Assembly (NCBI GenBank): GCA_963845565.1
Contig: CAWJSJ010000002.1
Span: 1,824,001-1,888,000 of the forward strand
Direction of reading: 5' to 3'
DNA length: 64,000 nt
Source: an uncultured Methylomirabilota bacterium
GTDB taxonomy: Bacteria; Methylomirabilota; Methylomirabilia; Methylomirabilales; 2-02-FULL-66-22
This document shows positions 18,392 to 26,946 of the stretch, piece after piece. How positions within the stretch are numbered: the first letter of the stretch is position 1; the number at the start of each line of letters is the position of its first letter. Both the position numbers and the translations under genes were made by a program. The notes under the pieces are model-generated. The model was given only the letters and a program-made list of their open reading frames with translations. It did no database searches and was not told the DNA's origin.

Positions 18392-19723
18392 CTACTTCTT
18401 TTCCGTTTCCGCCATGATGCGCTTGGTGTCGGCAGCCGCCTTGTTCACCGCAGCCTTCACATCGCCGCCCTGGATCGAGGTCACAATGGCGGCGCCGATG
18501 GCATCGCGGACCTCAGGCACCGCCACGACGGGTGGGTTCCAGTTGGAATTCCCGACTCTCAACCCCTGGACAAGGGCCTCGGCCAGTTCGGGATTCATCT
18601 TGGCCTTCGCCTTTGCGTCCTTCCACACCGAGTCGCGGCCGCCCTGGACGGCGCGCTCGCTCTGGATCGCCAGCACGGTCTCCTTGCTGGTCGCCCACTG
18701 CAGAAAGAGCCAGCCCGCTTTCGGGTTCTTGCTATTCTTGGGGATGCCGAGGCCCCAGACGGTGGCCATCGTCCCGGGCTTGCCGCCCGGACCCTTCGGG
18801 AACATGACGTAACCCATCTTGCCCTTCACCTTGGATTTTTCCGGGTCTTCCACGAACGCCGAAATGGAATCAAACTCCGTGTACATAGCCGCCTTGCCCT
18901 GTCCCATGATGGACGAGGCCTCGTACCAGTGATTGTTCTCGGAGCCGGGAGGTCCGTACTGCTTGAGCAGGCGTCCGTACAGCTCGAAGGCCTTGATGCC
19001 ATCCTCGGAGTTGAACGCCGGCTCGCGGCTCGGAGTCATCCAGATTGCGCCCATGGCGTGGAGGTAGCCCGAGAAGATGGACGTGGCGGCGGCCCGCTTG
19101 CCCCGGGCGACGAAGCCGAAACCGGGCTGGCCGTCATCCGTCATGGCCTTGCCGTTCAACGCCTTGGCCGCGGCCTCCAGCTCGTCCAGGGTCGTCGGGA
19201 CCTTGACGTTGTACTTCTGGAACACGTCCTTCCGGTACATGAGCTGGTTGGTCTCCAGCTGAATCGGCGGCCCGATGATCCGGCCATCCACCGTCATGCC
19301 GGAGCGGCCCACCTCCAGAAAATCGTTCCAGTTGTACTCCGGCGCGGTGATGGACGCATCCCTGAGGTACTCGTCAATGGGCTGGTACCAGCCTGCGCGA
19401 AGGAACTTGAGTCCTTCCTGCGCCGGCATGGTCATGAAGGCATCGATGCTCCCGCTGCCGGAGGCGAACTCCACCGAGGTCTTCGCCCGAAACTGATCTT
19501 CCGGGTACACTTCGACGACCAGCTTCATTCCCGTCAGCGCCTCGAAGTCCTTCAGGTGCGGCTCGATGGCGATCTGCCAGGGGTGCTTATTGAGCATGAC
19601 GCGAAGCTGGGTCCCTTTGAACTGCTGCCAGTTGAATTGCCCCGCCTCGCTTGCGGACGCAAGCGCCAAGCCGAGCAGCCCCACGATCAACGCCAGGGTC
19701 CAGAGCCGCCGAGTGATACCCAT
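18392..19723 (-). CDS. Sugar ABC transporter substrate-binding protein (paralog 1)
   Basis: Signal peptide; YRKDVF, PTTLDEL family-1 SBP motifs. Confidence 0.9.
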   Translation of the reverse strand: MGITRRLWTLALIVGLLGLALASASEAGQFNWQQFKGTQLRVMLNKHPWQIAIEPHLKDFEALTGMKLVVEVYPEDQFRAKTSVEFASGSGSIDAFMTMPAQEGLKFLRAGWYQPIDEYLRDASITAPEYNWNDFLEVGRSGMTVDGRIIGPPIQLETNQLMYRKDVFQKYNVKVPTTLDELEAAAKALNGKAMTDDGQPGFGFVARGKRAAATSIFSGYLHAMGAIWMTPSREPAFNSEDGIKAFELYGRLLKQYGPPGSENNHWYEASSIMGQGKAAMYTEFDSISAFVEDPEKSKVKGKMGYVMFPKGPGGKPGTMATVWGLGIPKNSKNPKAGWLFLQWATSKETVLAIQSERAVQGGRDSVWKDAKAKAKMNPELAEALVQGLRVGNSNWNPPVVAVPEVRDAIGAAIVTSIQGGDVKAAVNKAAADTKRIMAETEKK

Positions 19724-19803
19724 GGACTTCCCTCCTCATTGATGGGATGCAGCTCACTGCGTAATGGCAGGGCCGCTTGGGTTTACGATTCCACCTTTCG
19801 TGC

Positions 19804-19837
19804 TGCATAGCTAACACAGCTTGGCCCGGGAATCAAG
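19804..19837 (-). promoter_or_regulatory. Putative promoter/operator duplicated ahead of SBP paralogs 1 and 2
   Basis: cttgattccc-gg...tgttagcNatgca, same 34-nt length as 21288-21321. Confidence 0.5.
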
Positions 19838-19876
19838 CAGGCGGAGTGCGGGGCGAGACGAATGTCCGCAGGACTC

Positions 19877-21208
19877 CTACTTCTTCTCGGTTTCCGCCAT
19901 GATGCGCTTCATGTCGGCGGCCGCTTTGTCGGCCGCGGCCTTCACGTCGCCACCCTGGATGGAGGTGACGATCGCCGCGCCCACGGCGTCCCGCACTTCG
20001 GCCACGGCGACCACCGGCGGGTTCCAGAGCGGCGTGCCGACTTTGGAGCCCTGGGCCAAGGATTCGGCCAGGTCAGCGGGAACCTTCGCCCGACCCTTCG
20101 GGTCCTTCCACACGGAGTCGCGCGCGCCGAGCACGCCCGCCTCGCTCTGGATCTTGAGCACCTGCTCTTTGTTCGTGGCCCACTGCAAGAAGAGCCAGGC
20201 CGCCTTCTGGTTCTTGCTGGTCTTTGGTATGCCCAGACCCCAGGGGGCCACGGTTCCGCCGGGATGGCCGTTGGGGCCCTTCGGGAACACGGCGTATCCC
20301 ACTTTGCCGATGACCTTGGACTTCTGTGGGTCCTCGATCACTGGAAACAGGGAGTTCGCATCCAGCCAGGTCGCGGCTTTTCCCTGGGAGAAGATGGAGC
20401 CAGCCTCGTACCAGTGGTTGTTCTCGGATCCCGGAGGCCCGTAGAGGCGGAGGAGGCGGCCCCACATGTCGATGGCCTTGACCGCCTCCGGACTGTTGAT
20501 GGCGGGCTCTCGGTTCGGGGTGAGCCAGGTGCCGTTCATGGCGAAGAGCATTCCCGCGAACTGGGAGGTGGCGGCGGCGCGCTTCCCTCGGGCCACGAAG
20601 CCGAACCCGGGCTGGCCGTCATCCGTCATGGGTTTGCCATTCAACGCTTTGGTAGCGGCTTCCAGCTCATCCAGGGTCGTGGGGACCTTCACGTTGTATT
20701 TCTGGAAGACGTCCTTCCGGTACATGAGAGCCGAGTTTTCTATCTGAATCGGCGGGCCGATCGTCTTTCCCTCGATGACCATGGCGTCGCGTGCCTTATC
20801 GAGGAAGTCGTTCCAGTTGTAGTCGGAGGCGGTGAGGGATGGATCTTTCAGAAACTCATCCACTGGCTGGTACCAGCCGGCCCGCATGTATTTCAGCCCC
20901 TCCTGACCGGGCATCGTCATGAAGACATCCATGCTGCTTGCACCGGACGTCAGCTCCACCAAGGTCTTGGCTCGGAACTGGTCCTCGGGGTAGACCTCGA
21001 CGACCAATTTCATGCCGGTGAGCGCCTCGAACTCCTTGAGGTGAGGCTCGATGCTGGCCTGCCAGGGGTGCTTGTTGATGAGCACGCGAAGCTGCGTGCC
21101 CTTGAACTGCTGCCAGTTGAACTGCGCGGCCTCGCTTGTGGCGGCCAGCGCTAGGCCCAGCAGCCCCACGATCAAAGCCACGGAACAAAGTCGCCGTGTG
21201 ATACCCAT
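19877..21208 (-). CDS. Sugar ABC transporter substrate-binding protein (paralog 2)
   Basis: Same length (443 aa) and long identical stretches with paralog 1. Confidence 0.9.
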   Translation of the reverse strand: MGITRRLCSVALIVGLLGLALAATSEAAQFNWQQFKGTQLRVLINKHPWQASIEPHLKEFEALTGMKLVVEVYPEDQFRAKTLVELTSGASSMDVFMTMPGQEGLKYMRAGWYQPVDEFLKDPSLTASDYNWNDFLDKARDAMVIEGKTIGPPIQIENSALMYRKDVFQKYNVKVPTTLDELEAATKALNGKPMTDDGQPGFGFVARGKRAAATSQFAGMLFAMNGTWLTPNREPAINSPEAVKAIDMWGRLLRLYGPPGSENNHWYEAGSIFSQGKAATWLDANSLFPVIEDPQKSKVIGKVGYAVFPKGPNGHPGGTVAPWGLGIPKTSKNQKAAWLFLQWATNKEQVLKIQSEAGVLGARDSVWKDPKGRAKVPADLAESLAQGSKVGTPLWNPPVVAVAEVRDAVGAAIVTSIQGGDVKAAADKAAADMKRIMAETEKK

Positions 21209-21287
21209 GTGACTCCCTCCTCATTGATGGGAAACGGCCCACCGGACGGTGGCGGGACCCGCCGGGTTTCGGCGCTCCCTTTCACAG

Positions 21288-21321
21288 TGCATTGCTAACA
21301 TACGTGAGGCCGGGAATCAAG
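21288..21321 (-). promoter_or_regulatory. Putative promoter/operator, second copy
   Basis: cttgattcccggcctcacgtatgttagcaatgca. Confidence 0.5.
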
Positions 21322-21506
21322 GAGGGGATATGGCGAGTCGAGGGGATGTTCGCCGCGGAGCACGTTCGGCGGCGGCATCGGGAGAGCCGGCACTGCTCAA
21401 GCACGAGGAGGCCCAGGTGGGCCTCCTCGTGCGTTCTGCGGGGGACGGCTGCGTTGCGGTAGCGCACCGTCGTCCTCCCCTGGTGCGCCTCATGTCGGCG
21501 GAGACG

Positions 21507-22880
21507 CTACCGGACCGGGGGGGAGGCGCCTTCGGTTTGCGCCCGGATCTCTCGCAGCCGCATGGCTGCCGCCTTCGTGGCGGCGCGGATGTCCTCGCCC
21601 TTCACGGCGGCGGTGATCGCCTGACCGACGGCCTCGCGCGCCGAGGTCACTGCCGCCACGGGTGGGGCCCAGGCCGTGATCCCGATCCGACCCGCCTCCT
21701 GGAACGACTGGGCAAGATCCGCCGGGACTTCGCTGCGCGCCATCCGATCCTGCCAGCTCGATTCTCGGCCGACCAGAATGCCGTTCATGAGAGCCCTGCG
21801 GACCATCGCCGGGCTGCTGGCCCATTGCAGGAAGAGCCAGGAGGCCTCCCGATTGAGGCTGTGCTTGGCGATGGCCAGGCCGCGCACAGCGATCGTGGTT
21901 CCGGGCCCGCCTGGGCCGGCTGGGAAGAGGGCATAGCCGACCTGTTCCCGCACCCGGGAGCTGGACGACTCCTCGATCAGGGGATAAATGGAGCTTCCCT
22001 CGATGTACATGGCGGCGCGGCCGTCGAGGAACAGGGCGGAGGCCTCATGCCAGCCGAAGCGCGAGACGTCCGGTGGGGCGTACTGGCCGATGACGCGGTG
22101 AATCCACTCCAGGGCGGCGAGGCTCTGCGGCCCATCGATCGTCAACTGACCCCGCGTGTCGAGCCAGGTTCCCCCCATGGCGTGCAGGAGACCGGCGTAC
22201 ATGCCGGTCGCGACGGGGCCTTGGCCGCGGCTGACGATTCCGACGCCGGGCGCCCCCTTGAGACCCATGGGCTTTCGGTGGAGCAGCCGGGCGGCCGCCT
22301 CGAGCTCATCCAGGGTGCGCGGCACCGCAATCTTGTGCTGCTGGAAGAGATCCTTCCGGTAGAGCAGCGCCAGATGTTCCGCCATGACCGGCGGCCCGAG
22401 GATGGCTCCATCGACCTCCATCGCCGCCCGAAGCTTGGGCATGAAGTCGTTCCAGCGATAGTCCGAGGCGGTGAGGCGTGGGTTTGTCAAATAGTCGTTG
22501 ACCGGTTGGATGAGGCCACGTCGGAGAAAATGGATTCCATCAAGCGCAGGGACGTTCGAAAAGACGTCCACTCGGCCCGGCGTCTTCAGGTCGTTCTCCA
22601 ATATATTCCACACGGCCTCTTGGGGGTGAATCTCGGTCTCGAGGCGGATGCCGGTCAACTCCTCGAAATCCGTGAGGGAGCCCAGGATGGCCTGGTGCCA
22701 GGGACTTTGCCCCAGAATGAGCCGAAGCTTGGTACCCTGGAACTGGCGCCAATTGAGATTCGACGATGAGGCGGACGAGTCGCCCTGGGAGCCGGCGCAA
22801 CCGGTCACGAGCGCCAAGAGCGCTATGGCGAGCCATCCGCGCCACCGCCGGATGCGTTGGAATGCCGTTCCTGTCTTCAT
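21507..22880 (-). CDS. Sugar ABC substrate-binding lipoprotein (paralog 3, diverged)
   Basis: Lipobox VTGC; NW.QF.GT.LR, YRKDLF, PRTLDEL shared with paralogs 1 and 2. Confidence 0.85.
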   Translation of the reverse strand: MKTGTAFQRIRRWRGWLAIALLALVTGCAGSQGDSSASSSNLNWRQFQGTKLRLILGQSPWHQAILGSLTDFEELTGIRLETEIHPQEAVWNILENDLKTPGRVDVFSNVPALDGIHFLRRGLIQPVNDYLTNPRLTASDYRWNDFMPKLRAAMEVDGAILGPPVMAEHLALLYRKDLFQQHKIAVPRTLDELEAAARLLHRKPMGLKGAPGVGIVSRGQGPVATGMYAGLLHAMGGTWLDTRGQLTIDGPQSLAALEWIHRVIGQYAPPDVSRFGWHEASALFLDGRAAMYIEGSSIYPLIEESSSSRVREQVGYALFPAGPGGPGTTIAVRGLAIAKHSLNREASWLFLQWASSPAMVRRALMNGILVGRESSWQDRMARSEVPADLAQSFQEAGRIGITAWAPPVAAVTSAREAVGQAITAAVKGEDIRAATKAAAMRLREIRAQTEGASPPVR

Positions 22881-22952
22881 GACACGTCCTCCGCGCCCTT
22901 GGGGTATCCAGGGCGATCATGACCGCTCCATGAGCGGAGCCGAGTCCGGCTC

Positions 22953-22981
22953 ACGCTAGCGATCCGTTTTGGGACTGTCAA
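22953..22981 (-). promoter_or_regulatory. Sigma70 promoter
   Basis: TTGACA-17-TAGCGT on the minus strand upstream of SBP3. Confidence 0.6.
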
Positions 22982-23073
22982 CTGAGAAGTGAGCCGTGAC
23001 CGAGGGGCCGCTGCGTCGGGCTCGCCAATCCCCTTGCGCCTCGGTCTTTTCCGGTGATAGCATCTGCCCGGCT

Positions 23074-23101
23074 TGAATAAACATAACGAGCGAACGTCTA
23101 A
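23074..23101 (+). promoter_or_regulatory. Putative ECF-dependent autoregulatory promoter
   Basis: TGAATAA...CGTCTAA just upstream of the ECF gene. Confidence 0.5.
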
Positions 23102-23112
23102 GGTACTGTGGG

Positions 23113-23703
23113 ATGCCGGGTTCTGAGGGGAAGGCGGATGACCGGGCACTGGTGGACCGGGCAGCCCAGGGGGATCGGGAGGCATTCGGCGCCTTGGTCC
23201 TTCGCCACCAGAACCGCGTCTTCAACGTCGCGTACCAGGTCGTTCGGAACCGCGAGGATGCCTTGGACGTCTCGCAGGAGGCCTTCGCCAAGGCGTTCGC
23301 CTCGCTGTCGAGTTTCAAGGGCGAGGCCGGTTTCACCACCTGGATGCACCGGATCGTCGTCAACCTGGCCATCGACTGTCTCCGCCGCAGGCGGCGCGGC
23401 GATGCGACCGCGTATGACGATCGGCTGGCCGTGCCGGAGGACGTGGAATCGGGCCTGGCAGCACCCGACGACCCGGCGGCCGCGGTGGAGAGTCGCCAGG
23501 TCCAATCGCTGCTCACTCGCGGCATCCAGGCGCTTCCGCCGGCGCATCGGGCCGTGCTGGTCCTGCGCGAGATCGAGGGGTTGAGCTACGACGAGATCGC
23601 GCGCGCCGTCGGCTGCAACCTGGGCACCGTGATGTCGCGACTTTTCTACGCGCGGCGGAAACTCCGAAAAGTTCTCGAACCGCACATGGACGACCTGCGG
23701 TAA
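23113..23703 (+). CDS. ECF RNA polymerase sigma factor
   Basis: DALDVSQEAF, FTTWMHRIVVN region 2; LSYDEIA....GTVMSRL region 4. Confidence 0.95.
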   Translation: MPGSEGKADDRALVDRAAQGDREAFGALVLRHQNRVFNVAYQVVRNREDALDVSQEAFAKAFASLSSFKGEAGFTTWMHRIVVNLAIDCLRRRRRGDATAYDDRLAVPEDVESGLAAPDDPAAAVESRQVQSLLTRGIQALPPAHRAVLVLREIEGLSYDEIARAVGCNLGTVMSRLFYARRKLRKVLEPHMDDLR

Positions 23704-23804
23704 GCCGTTGCCAACGAATAACTTGATCGGAGAAATTCAGGGAACGGCATAAGGAGCCGTAACGAAATCAAAAAATGGACAAGTTATTTCGTAACGGCTC
23801 CTAA
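23701..23804 (+). mobile_element. Bipartite miniature inverted-repeat element
   Basis: TAA-gccgtt..aacggca-TAA-ggagccgtaacgaaat..atttcgtaacggctcc-TAA. Confidence 0.75.
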
Positions 23805-23813
23805 AGGAATGGA

Positions 23814-24329
23814 ATGGGATTGACGCATCGGCTACACATACTCGGGAAGCAGGGTGAACGCCTGGCGGCCTATGCCGCGGGAGAGCTTCCCGCGGCCGAG
23901 CGCCCCCGCCTCGAGGCTCGGCTCGCGACGTGCCGCTCCTGTCGGCGGGACGTGGAGTCCTATCGTCGGATCAGCGCCGCGTTGCGAGAGACACCCCGCG
24001 TCCGCCTGTCGGCGGAAGAGGCGGCGGCATTCCTCCCCGGCGTGAATCGCCGGATCGACCAGGGCCGAGTCGGGGCGAAGCGGGGTGCGCGGCCGGGTCT
24101 GCGCGAACTCTTCTGGGATCATCCGCGCCTCAGCCTGGCGTCGGCGCTCACGGCGGTCCTGCTGGTGGCGGGTCTCACGCTGTCGCAGTTGCAGCTGTGG
24201 GGGACGACGGGCGTGAACGGCGTCGACGTGGTGTCGGTGGATGTGGCCGAAGACGCCTCGGTGTTGGTGTTTCAGATACCGGGCACCGCGCTCAAGGTCA
24301 TCTGGGTCTTTGACGACACCTCTTCCTAA
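23814..24329 (+). CDS. Anti-sigma factor, zf-HC2-like, single TM
   Basis: LAAYAAGEL...RLATCRSC (His of HxxxCxxC replaced by Arg); TM helix. Confidence 0.8.
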   Translation: MGLTHRLHILGKQGERLAAYAAGELPAAERPRLEARLATCRSCRRDVESYRRISAALRETPRVRLSAEEAAAFLPGVNRRIDQGRVGAKRGARPGLRELFWDHPRLSLASALTAVLLVAGLTLSQLQLWGTTGVNGVDVVSVDVAEDASVLVFQIPGTALKVIWVFDDTSS

Positions 24330-24342
24330 AGGGGGCGACGGC

Positions 24343-24816
24343 GTGCCATCTCTACGACTATTCCCCGGTCAGTCGTTTCCCGCGGGTCTGATACTTCTGG
24401 GCGTTCTCGGCGCATGGCTGGCCCTTCCCGGCCTCGGGTGGGGGCAGACCGTTTCTTTGCAGGCGCAGGTGATCTACGCAGCCAATCAGCCGGGCGGCGT
24501 GGACAGCCGCCTGGGGAGCCTGGCTGGGAACCTGCAGAAGACCTTTCGCTACTCGATGTACCAGCTGCTCGATGCGCCCAAAGGGTCGGCCACCCTGAAC
24601 CAGACGTGGCGGACTGGGCTTCCAGACAACCGGTCCCTGGAGATCACACCGACCGCCATCCAAGGTGGACAGTACAGCCTCACCGTGCGGGTCCTTGGCG
24701 CGGGCGGACAGGCGTCGTTGAGCACCGTGGTACGCCTGCGCCACGCAGCCACCGTCCTGGTCGGCGGGCCTTCCCACCAACAGGGTGTTCTGATCATCGC
24801 CATCTCGGCCAACTAA
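24343..24816 (+). CDS. Exported hypothetical protein of the ECF operon
   Basis: Signal peptide; beta-rich body ending TVLVGGP...GVLIIAISA. Confidence 0.7.
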   Translation: MPSLRLFPGQSFPAGLILLGVLGAWLALPGLGWGQTVSLQAQVIYAANQPGGVDSRLGSLAGNLQKTFRYSMYQLLDAPKGSATLNQTWRTGLPDNRSLEITPTAIQGGQYSLTVRVLGAGGQASLSTVVRLRHAATVLVGGPSHQQGVLIIAISAN

Positions 24817-24866
24817 CCTCAATCGAAATTCCTGAACCGCCAAGACGCCACCGAGGCCCCAATCAG

Positions 24867-24962
24867 CCACAAGAGGCACAAGACGCACAAGGTATAGTCA
24901 GGGCCGCTGGGACGGAATGCTTTGATTCCCCCTGAGGCTTGTGCTTCTTGTGCATCTTGTGG
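24867..24962. repeat. Inverted nonamer tandem repeats
   Basis: ccacaagaggcacaagacgcacaag ... cttgtgcttcttgtgcatcttgtgg; lone right arm also at 8565-8590. Confidence 0.7.
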
Positions 24963-25210
24963 ATAGCTTCGGTGGCGTTCTTGACGTCTTGACGGTGAGA
25001 CGGGCCCCTCGGATCCGGGCTAACCCGCGGGCCGGGCCGTCATGCCTCGCTTTTTTCCGGATTCTTCGGCTCCGTGACCCGGCCGTTCGCGCCGGGAATT
25101 CCCTTGCGCCCTCCAAAAATTGTCGCTATACATACAAGAATTGTATGACTTCGATTCCGCGGGCGCGCGCTGGCTGGCGGTGTGAAGCCGCGGGGAGGCA
25201 GGTCCGAGGC

Positions 25211-25801
25211 GTGGCGGCGATCCGCGGTATCCTTTTCGACATGGACGGCGTGGTCGTCCATCAGCGGCTGGATTTTCCGGCGATCAAGCGGGAGATCTTC
25301 GGCGATACCGAGGGGTTCATCCTGGAGCGGATGGCCACGCTCCCGCCGGTAGAACTGGCACGGGCCGAGGCGATCCTGGAGCGGCACGAAAACGCTGCCG
25401 CCCTCTCGGCCGAGCCGATGGAAGGGATCCTTTCGTTTCTGGCCTGGATGGACACGCGCGGTCTCCGACGTGGCCTGGTGACCCGGAACAGCCGGAAGAG
25501 CGTGGAGCTTGTGCTGGGCCGCCTGGGCTTTGACTTCGATGCCGTGATCACCCGGGAAGATGCGCCGCCCAAACCGGCGCCCGACCCGGTATGGGCCGCG
25601 TGTCGTGGGCTGGGCGTCGAACCGCCCGAGGTCTTGTTTGTGGGCGACTTCGAGTTCGACATGCTGTCCGGCCGGCGCGCCGGCGCGCAGACGGTTCTCT
25701 TGCGGAACGGTGCGATAACCGAGTCGGCGAACGCGGATCTCACGGTGGGCTCCCTGGCGGAGCTGCGCGAATGGATCGAAGGGTACGCCGCGGTCCGGTG
25801 A
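25211..25801 (+). CDS. HAD family hydrolase
   Basis: FDMDG, TRN, KPAP, GD...D motifs. Confidence 0.9.
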   Translation: MAAIRGILFDMDGVVVHQRLDFPAIKREIFGDTEGFILERMATLPPVELARAEAILERHENAAALSAEPMEGILSFLAWMDTRGLRRGLVTRNSRKSVELVLGRLGFDFDAVITREDAPPKPAPDPVWAACRGLGVEPPEVLFVGDFEFDMLSGRRAGAQTVLLRNGAITESANADLTVGSLAELREWIEGYAAVR

Positions 25802-25872
25802 GGGGACGGCGGGGGACTCCGGTGCTGCGGTGAACGCGCGGTCGCTGAGACCGGCTGCGCGCGGATCGTCCG

Positions 25873-25976
25873 AAGCCGTTGTTAAAGAATTACGTGACCA
25901 GAGACATTCGGGAACGGCATAAGGAGCCGTAACGAAATCGCAAACAATGGACACGTTATTTCGTAACGGCTCCTAA
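25873..25976 (+). mobile_element. Bipartite miniature inverted-repeat element
   Basis: Same two-hairpin architecture and conserved core ggaacggcataaggagccgtaacgaaat. Confidence 0.75.
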
Positions 25977-25988
25977 GGGCAGCCAGTC

Positions 25989-26819
25989 ATGCGCTACGTG
26001 GCAGCGGCCAAGACCGACGTCGGCCGAAAACGGCAGGGCAACGAGGACAGCTTCTGCCTGGCGGAGGATCTCGGCCTCTACGTGGTGGCGGATGGCATGG
26101 GGGGGCATGCCGCGGGTGAGGTCGCGAGCCGTTTGGCTGTGGAAACCATCCGGCAGACGATGGGGCAATATCTCGGCGGCCGCCCGACAGCAACCGCGGG
26201 CTCGACTGCCCCTGCCGGCTCGTGGGAGGCGAACTTCCTGCTTTCGAGCATCCGGAAGGCCAACCGGGCGATCTTCGATACCGCCAACGGGCGGAGCGAG
26301 TGCGCCGGCATGGGGACCACGGTGGCTGCCGCTCTAACCTGCGGCGACCGGTTCCTCGTGGCGCACGTCGGTGACAGCCGGATCTACCGGATTCGCGGAG
26401 GCGCGATCGAGCAGGTCTCGCGAGATCATTCATTCGTTCAACAACAGGTGGACCTCGGTCTCCTCTCGGAAGCGGACGCCCAACGATCCCAGTACCGGCA
26501 CATGATCACACGGGCCCTGGGTCACAAGGAGAGCGTGGAGATCGATCTGACGGAACAGCCGGCCCAAGTGGGGGATGTCCTGCTGCTCTGCTCCGACGGG
26601 CTGTCCGATCTCTTGGATCAGGACGAGATCCTTGTAGCCCTGGGGGAACACCCCACTGATCTGATCAAGGCCTGCGCTGCGCTGGTGGACCGGGCCAACC
26701 GCAAGGGGGGCGACGACAATATCACGGTGCTCATGATCCAGGCCCTGGCGGACCACGGGTACTCTTTTGAAAGACCCGGTGGCCTGCTGGGCTGGCTCAA
26801 GCGGGTGTTTGGCGGTTGA
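25989..26819 (+). CDS. PP2C-type Ser/Thr protein phosphatase (Stp1/IreP family)
   Basis: R..NED, VADGMGGH, GTT, VGDSR, CSDGL, GG.DNIT. Confidence 0.95.
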   Translation: MRYVAAAKTDVGRKRQGNEDSFCLAEDLGLYVVADGMGGHAAGEVASRLAVETIRQTMGQYLGGRPTATAGSTAPAGSWEANFLLSSIRKANRAIFDTANGRSECAGMGTTVAAALTCGDRFLVAHVGDSRIYRIRGGAIEQVSRDHSFVQQQVDLGLLSEADAQRSQYRHMITRALGHKESVEIDLTEQPAQVGDVLLLCSDGLSDLLDQDEILVALGEHPTDLIKACAALVDRANRKGGDDNITVLMIQALADHGYSFERPGGLLGWLKRVFGG

Positions 26820-26946
26820 TGGCAAGGATGGCCCCCAGTTTGCATAGGAGTTCTTGAGGAGCACCACGGCCGGCTCACGGACGGCAAGGCCGACCCAACG
26901 GATTGGCGTCGGCGAATTTGGCCCCACCGGGAGGCAAGGAGGCGCG

